DNA of 64,000 nucleotides from Gemmatimonadota bacterium (GCA_963666735.1 OY762926.1:96001-160000), one strand, 5' to 3'. Shown: positions 30,976 to 41,455, counted from the stretch's first letter. Numbers and translations: made by a program. The notes: generated by a model from the sequence alone, not told the origin.

Positions 30976-31312
30976 AGTGCGCCTGAGAGAGATCGCGTTT
31001 GCCCGTTCGGGAGACAAGGGAGACACGGCGAACGTGGGCCTGATCGCTTTTCGTACATCCATGTATCCGTTTTTGGTGAAGGAAGTTACGGCTGAACGTG
31101 TGAAGTGTCACTTCAAGGGCATCTGCGAGGGCGAGGTCGAACGTTTCGAGCTTCCCAACCTGCGGGCGCTAAACTTCCTCCTCCACCGCTCGCTGGGGGG
31201 CGGCGGGACCGTATCGCTCATGCTCGATGCCCAGGGGAAGACGTTCGCCACCGCTCTGTTGAGGATGGAGATCGATGTGCCGGACCACCTCCTGAACCGG
31301 CCGGCGGACTGA
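30971..31312 (+). CDS. AtuA-associated small ferredoxin-fold protein
   Basis: ARSGDKGD, VERFELPNL, LGGGG...DAQGK motifs. Confidence 0.88.
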   Translation: MRVRLREIAFARSGDKGDTANVGLIAFRTSMYPFLVKEVTAERVKCHFKGICEGEVERFELPNLRALNFLLHRSLGGGGTVSLMLDAQGKTFATALLRMEIDVPDHLLNRPAD

Positions 31313-31339
31313 GGCACGGTTCGGGGCTCCGAGGCGACC

Positions 31340-32146
31340 ATGTTCGAATACCTCGAGATAGAGATCGACGAACGGACCGGCGTGAACCGGATCCGTCTCG
31401 ACCGCGCGGACCGCCGCAATGCGCTGAGCGGGGCGCTCGTCGCGGAAATGAAGGGGGCGCTCGCGCTCGCCGAGGCGGACGCCCGGGTGCGCGCGATCGG
31501 GATCGGTGGACGCGGCCCGGACTTCTGTGCGGGCGCCGACCTGGCGGAAGTGCAGGGTTCGGTCGAGGAAGGGGTCATGGCTAGCCTGCGGGAGGCGGAA
31601 GCGCTGGGCGAACTCTTCACGCTCCTGAGGAAGCTCTCGAAGCCGGTCGTCGCGATCGTGCACGGCCGCGCGCTGGCCGGCGGGTGCGGTCTCGCGACGG
31701 CGTGCGACCTCGTGCTCGCGGCGGAGAGCGCCCGCTTCGGCTACCCCGAGGTGCGGCTCGGCTTCGTGCCCGCGATGGTGACGGCGATCCTGCGCCGGAA
31801 CCTGGGAGAGAAGCGGGCCTTCGAGTTGATGTCGCTCGGGGACACGATCGATGCCGCGGAGGCGTCGCGGCTGGGCCTCGTGAACCGGATCTACGCGGAC
31901 GCGGAGTTCGAGGCGGAAAGCTCGCGCCTTCTGGCCGAACTCGCCGGGCGCAGCGCCTCCGCGCTCGCGCTCACGAAGAAGCTGCTATACGGCACGGAGG
32001 GGCAGAGCTTCGAGGCCGCCGTCGCCACCGGAGCCCGCGTGAACGCGATCGCCCGCATGACGGACGACTGCCAGGCGGGGATCGGTCGTTTCCTCGCGGC
32101 CCGCGGCGGGAAACGCGAGAAATCGGAGAAAAGGGAGACGGCATGA
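31340..32146 (+). CDS. Enoyl-CoA hydratase/isomerase (methylglutaconyl-CoA hydratase-like)
   Basis: RRNAL, FCAGADL, ALAGGCGLATACD, FGYPEVRLG. Confidence 0.92.
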   Translation: MFEYLEIEIDERTGVNRIRLDRADRRNALSGALVAEMKGALALAEADARVRAIGIGGRGPDFCAGADLAEVQGSVEEGVMASLREAEALGELFTLLRKLSKPVVAIVHGRALAGGCGLATACDLVLAAESARFGYPEVRLGFVPAMVTAILRRNLGEKRAFELMSLGDTIDAAEASRLGLVNRIYADAEFEAESSRLLAELAGRSASALALTKKLLYGTEGQSFEAAVATGARVNAIARMTDDCQAGIGRFLAARGGKREKSEKRETA

Positions 32147-32841
32147 GCGAGAGGGGCGTGGCTTCGGCGGCGGGGTCGGCCTTCCTGTGGCGGGTCGGGG
32201 CGCTCGCCGCCGGCGCGTCGGGCATCGTCCTCCTCACGACGGACGGGGCGCCGCTCACGCTCGCCGTCCTCCTGCTGATCGCGGCGCTCGCCGCGACGGG
32301 CGTGCTCCTCGGGAGCGGCGCGCACGAAGCCGCGCCCGAAGCCGAAATCGAGGGCCCGCTCGACCTGAGCGCGCGCCTCGGCCTCGGGCTGCTCGGCGGA
32401 TTGCTCGGCGCCGCGATCTCCGCCGCGGCGCGCTCGGCGGTGGCGACGTTCGGCTCCATCGGAGCGCTGAGCATGGGACTGACCTCGGGGTGGACCGGGG
32501 CGGAGTTCCTGTCGCACCTCGGAAGCGGCGCGGTCTGGGGCCTCATGCTCGGCGTGCTCTACACCCGCCTGTCCGGGTCGCCGGTCTCTCGCGGCGCGCT
32601 GTTCGCCCTGGCACCCACCCTCTACGTCGTCATCCGGCTCGCTGTCGGCGAGCCCGCGCTCGACTTTGCGAGGGGGGAACTCCCTCTGGTGTCCGCGCTC
32701 GCGCTCTACGCGGGGCGGGGCGTGTTCGCCGTCTTCTCCATCCTTGCGGTCCACGTGCTGTGGGGGACGATCGCCGGCGCGACGCTGGGCTGGGGAGAAG
32801 CGGGCGACGAGACGCCGGTCGCCCGCCCGATCGACGAGTGA
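32143..32841 (+). CDS. Hypothetical multi-pass membrane protein
   Basis: ATGA overlap with upstream gene; several hydrophobic segments. Confidence 0.7.
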   Translation: MSERGVASAAGSAFLWRVGALAAGASGIVLLTTDGAPLTLAVLLLIAALAATGVLLGSGAHEAAPEAEIEGPLDLSARLGLGLLGGLLGAAISAAARSAVATFGSIGALSMGLTSGWTGAEFLSHLGSGAVWGLMLGVLYTRLSGSPVSRGALFALAPTLYVVIRLAVGEPALDFARGELPLVSALALYAGRGVFAVFSILAVHVLWGTIAGATLGWGEAGDETPVARPIDE

Positions 32842-32999
32842 ACCGCGACTGGTGGCTGCGGCTGCAGATCGGACTCGGTCTGGCCGGGGGCGCCACCTGG
32901 TTCATCGGCGCGCTCACGGAGCAGGACTTCGCGGCCGGCGCGGGCTGCGGCCTCCTCGCGGCCGCCGTCGTTCTCCGCCTGGGACGAACGAAAGCCTGA
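32838..32999 (+). CDS. Small hypothetical membrane protein (53 aa)
   Basis: GTGA overlap; NRDWWLRLQIGLGLAGGATWFIG...LLAAAVVLRLG gives two hydrophobic helices. Confidence 0.6.
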   Translation: MNRDWWLRLQIGLGLAGGATWFIGALTEQDFAAGAGCGLLAAAVVLRLGRTKA

Positions 33000-33097
33000 C
33001 CCGGCCCCCGCCGGCCCCCCGCCCCGCGGGTGCGGCCGGCGCCGCTCGCGGCCACTGGCCGTTGATCTCCCGTTGATCGGACCGCCCATCGAAGGGT

Positions 33098-34465
33098 GTG
33101 AATACCGACGAAAGCACCCGCGCGCGTCGCGCCGCGGGCACCCTCCGGGACGCGCGTGACCTCCTGAGAGACCGGTTCGGCTACGACGACTTCCGTCCCG
33201 CGCAGTCGCGCGTGGTGGAAGCCGTCCTCAGCGGCCGGGACACGCTCGCGGTGCTCCCGACCGGCTTCGGCAAATCCGTGTGCTTCCAGATCCCGGCGCT
33301 GCTGCGTCGGCGGACGACGCTCGTCATCTCGCCGCTCATCTCGCTCATCGAGGATCAGGTCGCCGGCGCCGCGCGCCGGGGCATCCGGGTGCTCGGCTGG
33401 ACGAGCGCCACCCTGCGGGAGGAGGTGAACGCGGCGCTCGAGCGCGCCCGTCGCGGCGAACTCGACCTCCTGTACCTGGCGCCCGAACGCCTGGAGAACC
33501 GCGCGGTCTGCGATCGCCTGCGCGAAGTCGGGGTGGGGGGCATCGCCGTCGACGAGGCGCACTGCGTTTCCCAGTGGGGGCACGACTTCCGCCCGTCGTA
33601 CCTGCGGATCGGGCGCGCGAGGGAGCGGATGGGGAACCCGCCGCTGACGGCCCTCACCGCCACCGCGACGCGGCGGACGCGGCGCGAGATCGAGCGGTTC
33701 CTGGGGATGGAAGGAGCGATCCGCATCTTCGTGCCCTCGAACCGCCCGAACCTCCGCTACTCCGTGGAGATGGCCCCCGATGCGCGCGAAGCCTATCGGC
33801 GCGTGCGGCGCGAGGTGGCGGCGTGCCGGGGGGCGTCGGCGGTCGTCTATGCGCGCACGCGCGGGTTGAGCGCGCAGCTTGCGATCGCGCTCTCGAGGAC
33901 GGGGGTGCCCAGCGCGCCATACCATGCGCGTCTGCCGATCGAGCGGCGCCAGGCGACGCAGCGGGCCTTCCTGGACGGGAGCATTCGCGTGGTCTGCGCC
34001 ACGACCGCGTTCGGCATGGGGATCGACCACCCGCAGGTGCGTCTCGTCGCGCATCTCGGCGCCCCGGGATCGCTGGAGGAGTACGTCCAGGAAGCGGGTC
34101 GCGCCGGCCGCGACGGCGAACCGGCGCGCTGCGCGATGGTTGCGATCCGCGAGAATCGCCGCCGCGCGCTTCCGTTCGGCCGGCGCGAGCATCCCCGGCC
34201 GGGCAGCCCGCCGCCCGGCTTCGACCGGACCGCCGTCGACGCCGAACGGCGCGCCGCGATGGCAGCCTACATCGAGACCGCCGCCTGCCGCCGGGCGGCC
34301 ATCGCCGCCTACTTCGGCGAACGCGCTCCGGTCTGCGACGGCTGTGACAACTGCGACGGCGCCCGGACCGCGTCCGCGCACCCCGCTGAACAGAGCGTCA
34401 GAACGACCACGACACGCCGAAGATGGCGATCACGGGGAGGGAAGCGAGCGGCGCGGGGCGCGTGA
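33098..34465 (+). CDS. recQ: RecQ-family ATP-dependent DNA helicase
   Basis: PTGFGKS, DEAHCVSQWGHDFRP, ALTATA, QEAGRAGRDG and Zn motif CRR...CDGCDNC. Confidence 0.92.
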   Translation: MNTDESTRARRAAGTLRDARDLLRDRFGYDDFRPAQSRVVEAVLSGRDTLAVLPTGFGKSVCFQIPALLRRRTTLVISPLISLIEDQVAGAARRGIRVLGWTSATLREEVNAALERARRGELDLLYLAPERLENRAVCDRLREVGVGGIAVDEAHCVSQWGHDFRPSYLRIGRARERMGNPPLTALTATATRRTRREIERFLGMEGAIRIFVPSNRPNLRYSVEMAPDAREAYRRVRREVAACRGASAVVYARTRGLSAQLAIALSRTGVPSAPYHARLPIERRQATQRAFLDGSIRVVCATTAFGMGIDHPQVRLVAHLGAPGSLEEYVQEAGRAGRDGEPARCAMVAIRENRRRALPFGRREHPRPGSPPPGFDRTAVDAERRAAMAAYIETAACRRAAIAAYFGERAPVCDGCDNCDGARTASAHPAEQSVRTTTTRRRWRSRGGKRAARGA

Positions 34466-36722
34466 GCGGTTGGTCCGACGTGGTCTGATAGAAGAGCGCG
34501 TCCCGGCGATCCAGCGCGTTGAGCACCCGCACGTAGGGGGCGATCACGACCGACGAGCGGCCGATGCTCGCGACCCAGCGTCGCGAGACCTCCGCGTCGA
34601 GCCGGAGATACGAGTCCTCCGGCGCCCCCGAGAGCACCGGCAGGGGATCGTCACCGCTCGGCGCGTCCGTCTCCCCGGGTCCCGCGGTCACGGACGCGAA
34701 GGACAGACCGGCTCCGTACGCGAGCCGGATGCCGAAGTCGAATTCGCGGACGTCCGAGGAGAGTCCGCCGCTCAGAAGTTGCCGGCCCACGAACGGCGTC
34801 TCTTCATCCGGATCGTTCGTCGACACGAACGCGATCGAGTAGCCGATCCAGCCCCGGACCGGGCCCTCCTTCGCCTGCAACCACAAGTCCGCGCCCAAGG
34901 AGTAGAGTTGATTGGCGTCGGGGAGATCGTCGAAGGACTTCAGGTAGCTCTCGATGCCGACATCGACGCCGTTCTCGAGCGAGTTCGTGAATCCGACCAG
35001 GAAATGAGAGGCTCCGGCGATACTGGACCCGGGCGTCGACGGCGGGAGCTGGCCGGGATCCGGTGTGGGCAGGATCTCGCCGATGGTGGGTCCGGTGAGG
35101 TCTCCGGAGAGGATGGATTCGGGTCCGCGCACCACCTGAAGGAACCTCCCGGCGGAGAGGCGGATATCCGCCGCGTCCGTGATGTGCCAGGTGACGGTGC
35201 CCCGCGGCGCGAACTTCGCGCGGCGGGAGGGCGCGAAATAGCTGGCCCGGACCCCTCCCCTCACTTCGACTTTCGGGGCCAGCTCCCAGATGGCCTCGCC
35301 CCACCCGGCCACCACGTCGGCGCGCCGCACGGCGTGGGACACGTCGTGCGCCGTTCTGCCGCCGAGGACCGTCCGCCGGTCCACCACGGTCTCGTAGGAG
35401 TCGAAGCCGCCGCCCGCGGCCCAGCGAATTTCGCGGCCTCCCGACTCGAACAGCGCCTCGGCGCGCGTGCGAACGGTTCGGGCGATGACGTCCGCGAAAG
35501 AGACCTCGAAGTCCAGTTCCTTGTCGCGCGGCAAGGGCAGACCCGTGCCGAACCGTCCGTGAGCGCCTCTCAGCGTGAACGTGCCGTCGGCCAGCGGGAC
35601 GCGGTAGCTCGCGGACCCTGCGAGGTTGCCCCAGTAGGCCGACTCCACCGCCCCGGTGTCCTCGAGCCGTCCGATGTCGAGCAGCACGGACTCGCGGTTC
35701 CAGAACCCCGTGGCCGTGAACTTTCCGGGCCCCAGACGATAGTCGAGCCGGCCCAGGAGGTCGCCGTACCCGTACGGCATTTCCGGCTCGCCCGTGATGA
35801 TGGGATAGCCGAGTCCGTGAAGCGCCCGGCCGCTGAGGAGCACGCGCCCCGCCGGTCCGACCGGGCCCTCCGCCCGCAGCGTGCCGCCCAGGAGGTCGGC
35901 CGCGCCGGCGACGTGGAAGTTCTCCGCGTCTCCCTCCCGGATCTTGAGGTCGAGGACGTAGGAGAGTCCCCCGTCGTAGCGGGCCGGCGTCCCGCCGATG
36001 TAGAGGGATGCCTCGCCCAGCACGCCGTCCGGAAACGCGTCCAGGAGGCCGCTGAGGTGGAACGGCGCGTAGACCGGCGCGCCGTCGAGCAGCACGAGCT
36101 TCAGGTCCGACGCGGCGCCCCGCACGTAGAGCACGCTCGTCGGGTCCGCGGGATCGATGCCCGGATCGTCCAGCGTCAGACCCGCCTCCGCCACGCCGGG
36201 GGACGAATCCAGCGCGCGGAGTTCCGTTTCTCCCTCTTCGCGGAACCCGGCGCGGGTGAGGCCGGGAGCGGGCAGCCGCCGTGCGACGATGTGGGCGAAC
36301 AGGCCCGGCATCGCGACGGGCCGCCGCTCCAGGGCCAGGTCGAGCGGGACGCCGTCGCCCGCGGGGACCACGACGCTGGTGACGAGCGGGTCGCGATCCA
36401 GCGCCCGCGCGACGAGAAAGATGGGTCCGGGCGGAAGCCCTTCCGCCCGGTAGAAGCCGTCGTCGTCCGTAACCAGGAACCAGGAAAACGCTGGAAAGCG
36501 GATTTCCACCGAAGCGGCCGCGATCGGCGTCTGGGTCTCGGCGCGCAGCACACGGCCGAAGACGGCCCCGACGACCGGCGCGTCCTCCGAGGGAGGGGGG
36601 GGCGGGGGATCCTGAGCGAGAACCGGCGGGGTGAAGAAACCGGTCGAAGCCGCGCCGAGGAGCAGGACGAATCGCCACCGATGGGAGACGGGCCCCGACC
36701 TTCGGTACATGGGCTTCGTCAT
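34398..36722 (-). CDS. TonB-dependent receptor-like outer membrane protein with carboxypeptidase-regulatory-like N-domain
   Basis: Signal peptide, TDDDGFY, plug motif LYVRG...LLDGAPVYAPFH, C-terminal GVSWSF. Confidence 0.8.
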   Translation of the reverse strand: MTKPMYRRSGPVSHRWRFVLLLGAASTGFFTPPVLAQDPPPPPPSEDAPVVGAVFGRVLRAETQTPIAAASVEIRFPAFSWFLVTDDDGFYRAEGLPPGPIFLVARALDRDPLVTSVVVPAGDGVPLDLALERRPVAMPGLFAHIVARRLPAPGLTRAGFREEGETELRALDSSPGVAEAGLTLDDPGIDPADPTSVLYVRGAASDLKLVLLDGAPVYAPFHLSGLLDAFPDGVLGEASLYIGGTPARYDGGLSYVLDLKIREGDAENFHVAGAADLLGGTLRAEGPVGPAGRVLLSGRALHGLGYPIITGEPEMPYGYGDLLGRLDYRLGPGKFTATGFWNRESVLLDIGRLEDTGAVESAYWGNLAGSASYRVPLADGTFTLRGAHGRFGTGLPLPRDKELDFEVSFADVIARTVRTRAEALFESGGREIRWAAGGGFDSYETVVDRRTVLGGRTAHDVSHAVRRADVVAGWGEAIWELAPKVEVRGGVRASYFAPSRRAKFAPRGTVTWHITDAADIRLSAGRFLQVVRGPESILSGDLTGPTIGEILPTPDPGQLPPSTPGSSIAGASHFLVGFTNSLENGVDVGIESYLKSFDDLPDANQLYSLGADLWLQAKEGPVRGWIGYSIAFVSTNDPDEETPFVGRQLLSGGLSSDVREFDFGIRLAYGAGLSFASVTAGPGETDAPSGDDPLPVLSGAPEDSYLRLDAEVSRRWVASIGRSSVVIAPYVRVLNALDRRDALFYQTTSDQPLTRPAPLASLPVIAIFGVSWSF

Positions 36723-36801
36723 CCCGGATCCACCCCTCGAGGCTCGCTCAGATCGTCAGGTCACCGTCGTCCGCTACCGCGGGCGGGCGCTACCTGCGCT
36801 G

Positions 36802-37581
36802 CTACCCGTCGGTGCCGAGAAAGATCTCCACGGGATTCGCAGCCGCCGAATCCGTGCGCCGCAACTCGCCACCTTCGAGGCGGACGACTTCGCGCTCATC
36901 GATGACTACAGAACCGATCGCGGCGTCCCGCGGCAAGGTCACGCGGATCTCATCCGCCGCTCCCGCGATCTCGATGACGCCCGGCTCCACATGGAAGCTC
37001 GCGTCACGGGCCGCCACGGTGGCCGTCTCCCCGTCGGACAGTTCGACCGTCAACCGCGTGCCTTCGTGCCCGCCGACGACCATGATGCGCACGGCGCCCT
37101 CGCGGGGGGCCACCGACACGCGGGAAGGTCCGGCGTCCCCGGCGACCCGGGAGTCGTCCGCGATCCAGGCCGCAACCGCATCGAGGCCGTCGTCGACCCA
37201 GCCCCTTACCGGCGATCCCGGCACCGCGTAGGCACCCGCGGCGGCGAGAAGCGTGACCCCCGCGGCCACCGCGACCGAGCGCCGGCTCAGCCTGGCCCAG
37301 CGTCGCGCCCTTGCGTTCGCGAGAGGCATCGGCGCCCTGCGCGCGGCCTCCCGCAGCGCCGCCGGCATCTCGAGCCGCGATTCCGGCACCGCGAGCAGGT
37401 CGAGCGCCGCGGTGGCACGCCGCGTCGCAAAGCGCATTTCGTCGCTGCGCGCCGCGCACTCCGGGCACGACGCCAGGTGCGTCTCGACGGGTCTCCGTTC
37501 TGCTGTGGTCAGCTCACTGTCGAGCAGAGCGAGCAGCGCTCCGTCGCCGACATGTAGCTGTTCACGCGTAGACATACTCAA
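36802..37581 (-). CDS. Anti-sigma factor with zf-HC2 zinc finger and one TM helix
   Basis: HLASCPEC (HxxxCxxC) motif; adjacent to ECF sigma gene. Confidence 0.85.
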   Translation of the reverse strand: MSMSTREQLHVGDGALLALLDSELTTAERRPVETHLASCPECAARSDEMRFATRRATAALDLLAVPESRLEMPAALREAARRAPMPLANARARRWARLSRRSVAVAAGVTLLAAAGAYAVPGSPVRGWVDDGLDAVAAWIADDSRVAGDAGPSRVSVAPREGAVRIMVVGGHEGTRLTVELSDGETATVAARDASFHVEPGVIEIAGAADEIRVTLPRDAAIGSVVIDEREVVRLEGGELRRTDSAAANPVEIFLGTDG

Positions 37582-37643
37582 TCCTCACTATTTTCAACGC
37601 AGATTTCCAGTCGCATCCCGACCGGTCACCCATCGTCCCCCCC

Positions 37644-38225
37644 TCACCGGCCCCGACCGGTCTCGTCCTCCACAGTCCGCGGATCCAGCGCCTCCGTGAA
37701 CCGGCGCAGCGCCCGCGCGAGCAGCGTTCCCACCGACCCCGGCGCGACTTCGATCGCCTCGGCGATCTCGGCGTACCGGAATCCTTCCTCTCTCATCAAC
37801 AGCAACCGACGGTCGCGTTCAGGCATCTCCGCCAGCGCGGCGCGCACCGCCGCGACCCGTTCAGCCCGCAAGACCGATTGGTCCGGCAACTCCACCGGAT
37901 CGTGCGCGAGATCCGCCTGTTGGTAGCGCTGCGACAGCAACCGCCGCCGTCGCGCGCTCATGCGAGCGTCGTCCCGCACCAGGTTCGTCGCTACCGTAAA
38001 CAGCCAGCGCCGTACCTCCTCGTCCGGAAGAGGCTGGTCCAACAGCCGAATGAACGCCTCTTGTACGACGTCGTCCGCAAGGTCGGCGTCACCCACCATC
38101 CGGTTGACATACCGAAGGAGTGGGGTCCAGTGGCTGTTGTATGCCGCCTCGAAGTCCACGGTACTCCCTTCCACACCGTTGCCGGTACGCGAAGAGCGCC
38201 GCGGGCTTGCACCCTTGCCATCCAT
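37644..38225 (-). CDS. ECF RNA polymerase sigma factor
   Basis: ADDVVQEAFIRL, WLFTVATNL, EGFRYAEIAE...GSVGTLLARA. Confidence 0.92.
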   Translation of the reverse strand: MDGKGASPRRSSRTGNGVEGSTVDFEAAYNSHWTPLLRYVNRMVGDADLADDVVQEAFIRLLDQPLPDEEVRRWLFTVATNLVRDDARMSARRRRLLSQRYQQADLAHDPVELPDQSVLRAERVAAVRAALAEMPERDRRLLLMREEGFRYAEIAEAIEVAPGSVGTLLARALRRFTEALDPRTVEDETGRGR

Positions 38226-38363
38226 AGGGTCAACGCCTGCCGGGGCCCGATCGTGACGCGTCCGGGATCACTCGACGTTTGGGCGGGAGGCCCGCCTCCG
38301 GTACGTTAGGCGCGCGGCGTCCCGAAGTCACAGCCCGCCCGCCGCCGGGCCACGCACACGACC

Positions 38364-38402
38364 CTGTCGCGCATGCTTGTCGCGCATACCTGTCGCGCAT
38401 GC
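38364..38402. repeat. Three 13-bp direct repeats YTGTCGCGCATRC in a divergent intergenic region
   Basis: CTGTCGCGCATGC / TTGTCGCGCATAC / CTGTCGCGCATGC. Confidence 0.85.
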
Positions 38403-38450
38403 GAGACCGGCCGCTCCAGGCGCCGGCCGCACGCCCGAACCGAGGAGTTA

Positions 38451-39677
38451 ATGGGAGACCCGAGTTTCTACCTGGAAGACCACCATGAGATGATCCGCGA
38501 CATGGTGCGGGAGTTCGCCGAGGCGGAGATCGCTCCCGTCGCCGCCCGCTACGATGAGTCGGAGGATTTTCCGTGGGACACCGGCGCCCTCATGTCGGAA
38601 CTGGGGCTGTTCGGAATCCCCTTCGAGGAGGGACTGGGCGGCGCCGGCATGGACCTTCTCGCGGCGTCGATCGCCGTGGAGGAACTCGCCCGCGTGGACG
38701 CCAGTCATTCGATCATGGTCGGGGCGCACACGAGTCTGGCCGCGACTCCGATCGCGCGCTGGGGCACGGAGGCGCAGAAGGAACGCTTCCTCCGACCCCT
38801 CGCGAGCGGTCGCGTGCTGGGCGGATTCGGGCTCACGGAGCCGGGGTCGGGTTCCGACGCGGGGGGCATGCGGACGACGGCCCGGAAGGCCGGCGACCGC
38901 TGGGTCATCAACGGGAGCAAGACGTGGATCACGCACGGCGGCGTGGGCGAGGTGTTCGTCGTCGGCGCCCTCACGTCGCCCGACAAGGGCTCGCGCGGCA
39001 TCACGGCGTTCATCCTCACCAAGGAGACGTGCGATCTCGAAGATGCCGCGCGCGTGGGGTTCGGCCATTCCGCGGACCTCGATCCGATGCCGGGGTTCAG
39101 CGCCGGGCAGAAGCTGCGCAAGCTGGGCTGGAACGCGTCCGATACGCGCGAACTCACGCTGGAGGATGTGAAGGTGCCGGAGGAGAACGTGCTCGGCGAC
39201 GTGGACCGGGGCTTCCCCATCTTCCTCGACACCCTCGACGGCGGACGGGTCGGGATCGCCGCCCACGCGATCGGGATTGCGCAGGGCGCCCTCGACCAGA
39301 CCGTCCGCTACACCGGCGAGCGGAAGCAGTTCAAGAAGAAGATCCACGACTTCCAGGGCGTCCGCTTCATGCTTGCCGAGGCGCAGACGCGCATTCACGC
39401 GGCGCGGCTCATGATGCACCAGGCCGCGCGCCTCCGGATGGCGGGGGCGAGGCACAAGAAGGAGGCCGCCATGGCCAAGCTCTTCGCCTCGGAGACGGCG
39501 ATGGACGTGACGGCGATGGCGGTGCAGCTGCACGGCGGGTACGGCTATTCGCGCGAGTATCCCGTCGAACGGATGATGCGCGACGCGAAGATCACGGAGA
39601 TCGGCGAGGGGACGAGCGAGATCCTCAAGATCGTGATTTCGCGGGAGATGCTGCGCGAAGCGGGCTCCCTCGATTAG
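38451..39677 (+). CDS. Acyl-CoA dehydrogenase
   Basis: FGLTEPGSGSD, NGSKTWIT, RKQF, QLHGGYGY, RDAKITEIGEGT; GAGGAG RBS. Confidence 0.95.
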   Translation: MGDPSFYLEDHHEMIRDMVREFAEAEIAPVAARYDESEDFPWDTGALMSELGLFGIPFEEGLGGAGMDLLAASIAVEELARVDASHSIMVGAHTSLAATPIARWGTEAQKERFLRPLASGRVLGGFGLTEPGSGSDAGGMRTTARKAGDRWVINGSKTWITHGGVGEVFVVGALTSPDKGSRGITAFILTKETCDLEDAARVGFGHSADLDPMPGFSAGQKLRKLGWNASDTRELTLEDVKVPEENVLGDVDRGFPIFLDTLDGGRVGIAAHAIGIAQGALDQTVRYTGERKQFKKKIHDFQGVRFMLAEAQTRIHAARLMMHQAARLRMAGARHKKEAAMAKLFASETAMDVTAMAVQLHGGYGYSREYPVERMMRDAKITEIGEGTSEILKIVISREMLREAGSLD

Positions 39678-39870
39678 TTTGGGGGGAGAAGCTTCAGCCG
39701 TGCGTCACGATCTGGTCACGACCTGCTAGCGGAAATCGGGCAGTAACGAAGAGATACACGGACCCCCGGGCAGTGGCCGGCGGTTCGCAGCGAAGAATCG
39801 AGTCTTACAGGATGCCAGCCCTCTGGTAGCACAATCGGGCGCGGCGAACCCGCGCGCGTGCTGACGTAAC

Positions 39871-41412
39871 GTGCGCCGCGAGATCGTCGTAAACGCCACG
39901 ACCCGCGAGAAGCGGGTCGCGATCGTAGAAGACCGCAAGCTCGTCGAACTGATGTACGAACGGCCCGACGAGCGCCGCATCGTCGGCGATATCTATCTCG
40001 GCGTGGTCGAGGCGATCGTGCCCGGACTTCAAGCCGCCTTCGTCGACATCGGCGCCGAGAAGGCCGGCTTCCTGCACGCCTCCGACCTACAGCCCGACGA
40101 AGACCCCGATGAAGAGGGCAACGGGGGACGGGAACGAAACGGGGGGCGTCGACGGGCGCGCGGCGAGAACGCTCCCCGCATCGAGGAAGCGATCCGCAAG
40201 GGCCAGACGCTCCTCGTCCAGGTCGTGAAGGAGCCCATCGGCACGAAGGGGCCCCGCGTGACGACGCAGGTCTCGCTCCCGGGCCGCTTCCTCGTGTATA
40301 TCCCGGACTCGTTCAACATCGGCGTCAGCCGCAAGATCGGCGACCGGGAGACGCGCGCTCGCCTGAGAAGCATGGTGCGGGACATCCTCGGCGGCGACGG
40401 CGGCGTCATCGTCCGGACGGTCGGCGAAGAGTTGACGAAGGAGACCTGCGAGCGGGAACTCAAGTCGCTGCGCAAGACGTGGCAGAAGGTGCGCCGCCGG
40501 CAGAAGGGGATGAAGGCGCCGGCCCTCGTGTACCAGGACGCGCGCCTGACGTCCGGCATCATCCGCGACCTGTTCAGCGACCGGATCGATGAGCTCACGG
40601 TGGATTCGGCGGACCTGTACCACGAGATCCGCTCCTACCTGGGACAGGTGGACCCGGATCTGCTCGAGCGGGTGAGCCGGTACGAGGGCACGGCGCCCAT
40701 CTTCGACGAGTTCGGGATCGAGGAGGAGATCCGCCGCGCGTTCCGCCGCACCGTCCACCTGAAATCCGGCGGCCATGTCGTGATCGAGCAGACCGAGGCC
40801 CTCGTCTCGATCGACGTGAACACGGGGCGCTACACGGGCCGGCGCGACCCGGCGAAGACCATCCTCAAGACGAACCTCGAGGCGGCGGGAGAGATCGCCC
40901 GCCAACTGCGTCTGCGCGACGTGGGCGGGATCATCGTCATCGACTTCATCGACATGAACGAGGAGGAGTCGCGCAACAGGGTCGTGCAGCAGATGAAGAC
41001 CCTGCTGGGACATGACCGCGCGCGCTCGAAGGTGTTCGGCATCTCCGAGCTTGGCCTGCTGCAACTCAGCCGGCAGCGCGTGAGCCCCAGCCTGCACCAG
41101 CGGATGATGGAACCGTGTCCGTACTGCGAGGGCGCGGGGAGAATCCTGGCTTCCGAGACGGTGGTGCGCCGCCTGGAACGGGCGCTGGACCGGGTCGCCG
41201 CGGCCGGCCGGGAGAGCGGGATCACGATCCTCACGCACCCGGTGATCGCCCTCCACCTGCTGGAGCGCGAGCGGGAATTCCTGGGCCGAATGCGGGACAG
41301 CGGCAAGATCGCGATCGAACTGCGCGACAACCCGCTGCTCGGTCTCGACGAGTTCCGGCTCCTCGCCCACCCGGCCGACTCCGACGTCACGAAGCAGTAC
41401 ATTTCGAGCTAG
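39871..41412 (+). CDS. rng: Ribonuclease E/G family (RNase G-like)
   Basis: S1 domain (QAAFVDIG), IDVNTG, RLRDVGGIIVIDFIDM, CPYCEG. Confidence 0.93.
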   Translation: MRREIVVNATTREKRVAIVEDRKLVELMYERPDERRIVGDIYLGVVEAIVPGLQAAFVDIGAEKAGFLHASDLQPDEDPDEEGNGGRERNGGRRRARGENAPRIEEAIRKGQTLLVQVVKEPIGTKGPRVTTQVSLPGRFLVYIPDSFNIGVSRKIGDRETRARLRSMVRDILGGDGGVIVRTVGEELTKETCERELKSLRKTWQKVRRRQKGMKAPALVYQDARLTSGIIRDLFSDRIDELTVDSADLYHEIRSYLGQVDPDLLERVSRYEGTAPIFDEFGIEEEIRRAFRRTVHLKSGGHVVIEQTEALVSIDVNTGRYTGRRDPAKTILKTNLEAAGEIARQLRLRDVGGIIVIDFIDMNEEESRNRVVQQMKTLLGHDRARSKVFGISELGLLQLSRQRVSPSLHQRMMEPCPYCEGAGRILASETVVRRLERALDRVAAAGRESGITILTHPVIALHLLEREREFLGRMRDSGKIAIELRDNPLLGLDEFRLLAHPADSDVTKQYISS

Positions 41413-41455
41413 CCCCGGCGGGCCCCGGCGACGCGTCGAATCCACGCCGTTTTGT

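Noticed and set aside
33879..36905. 1008-aa plus-strand ORF and similar long shadow ORFs (6621-9128, 27220-29508, 45573-47573)
   Set aside because: Antisense to well-supported genes; expected in high-GC DNA; no recognisable motifs
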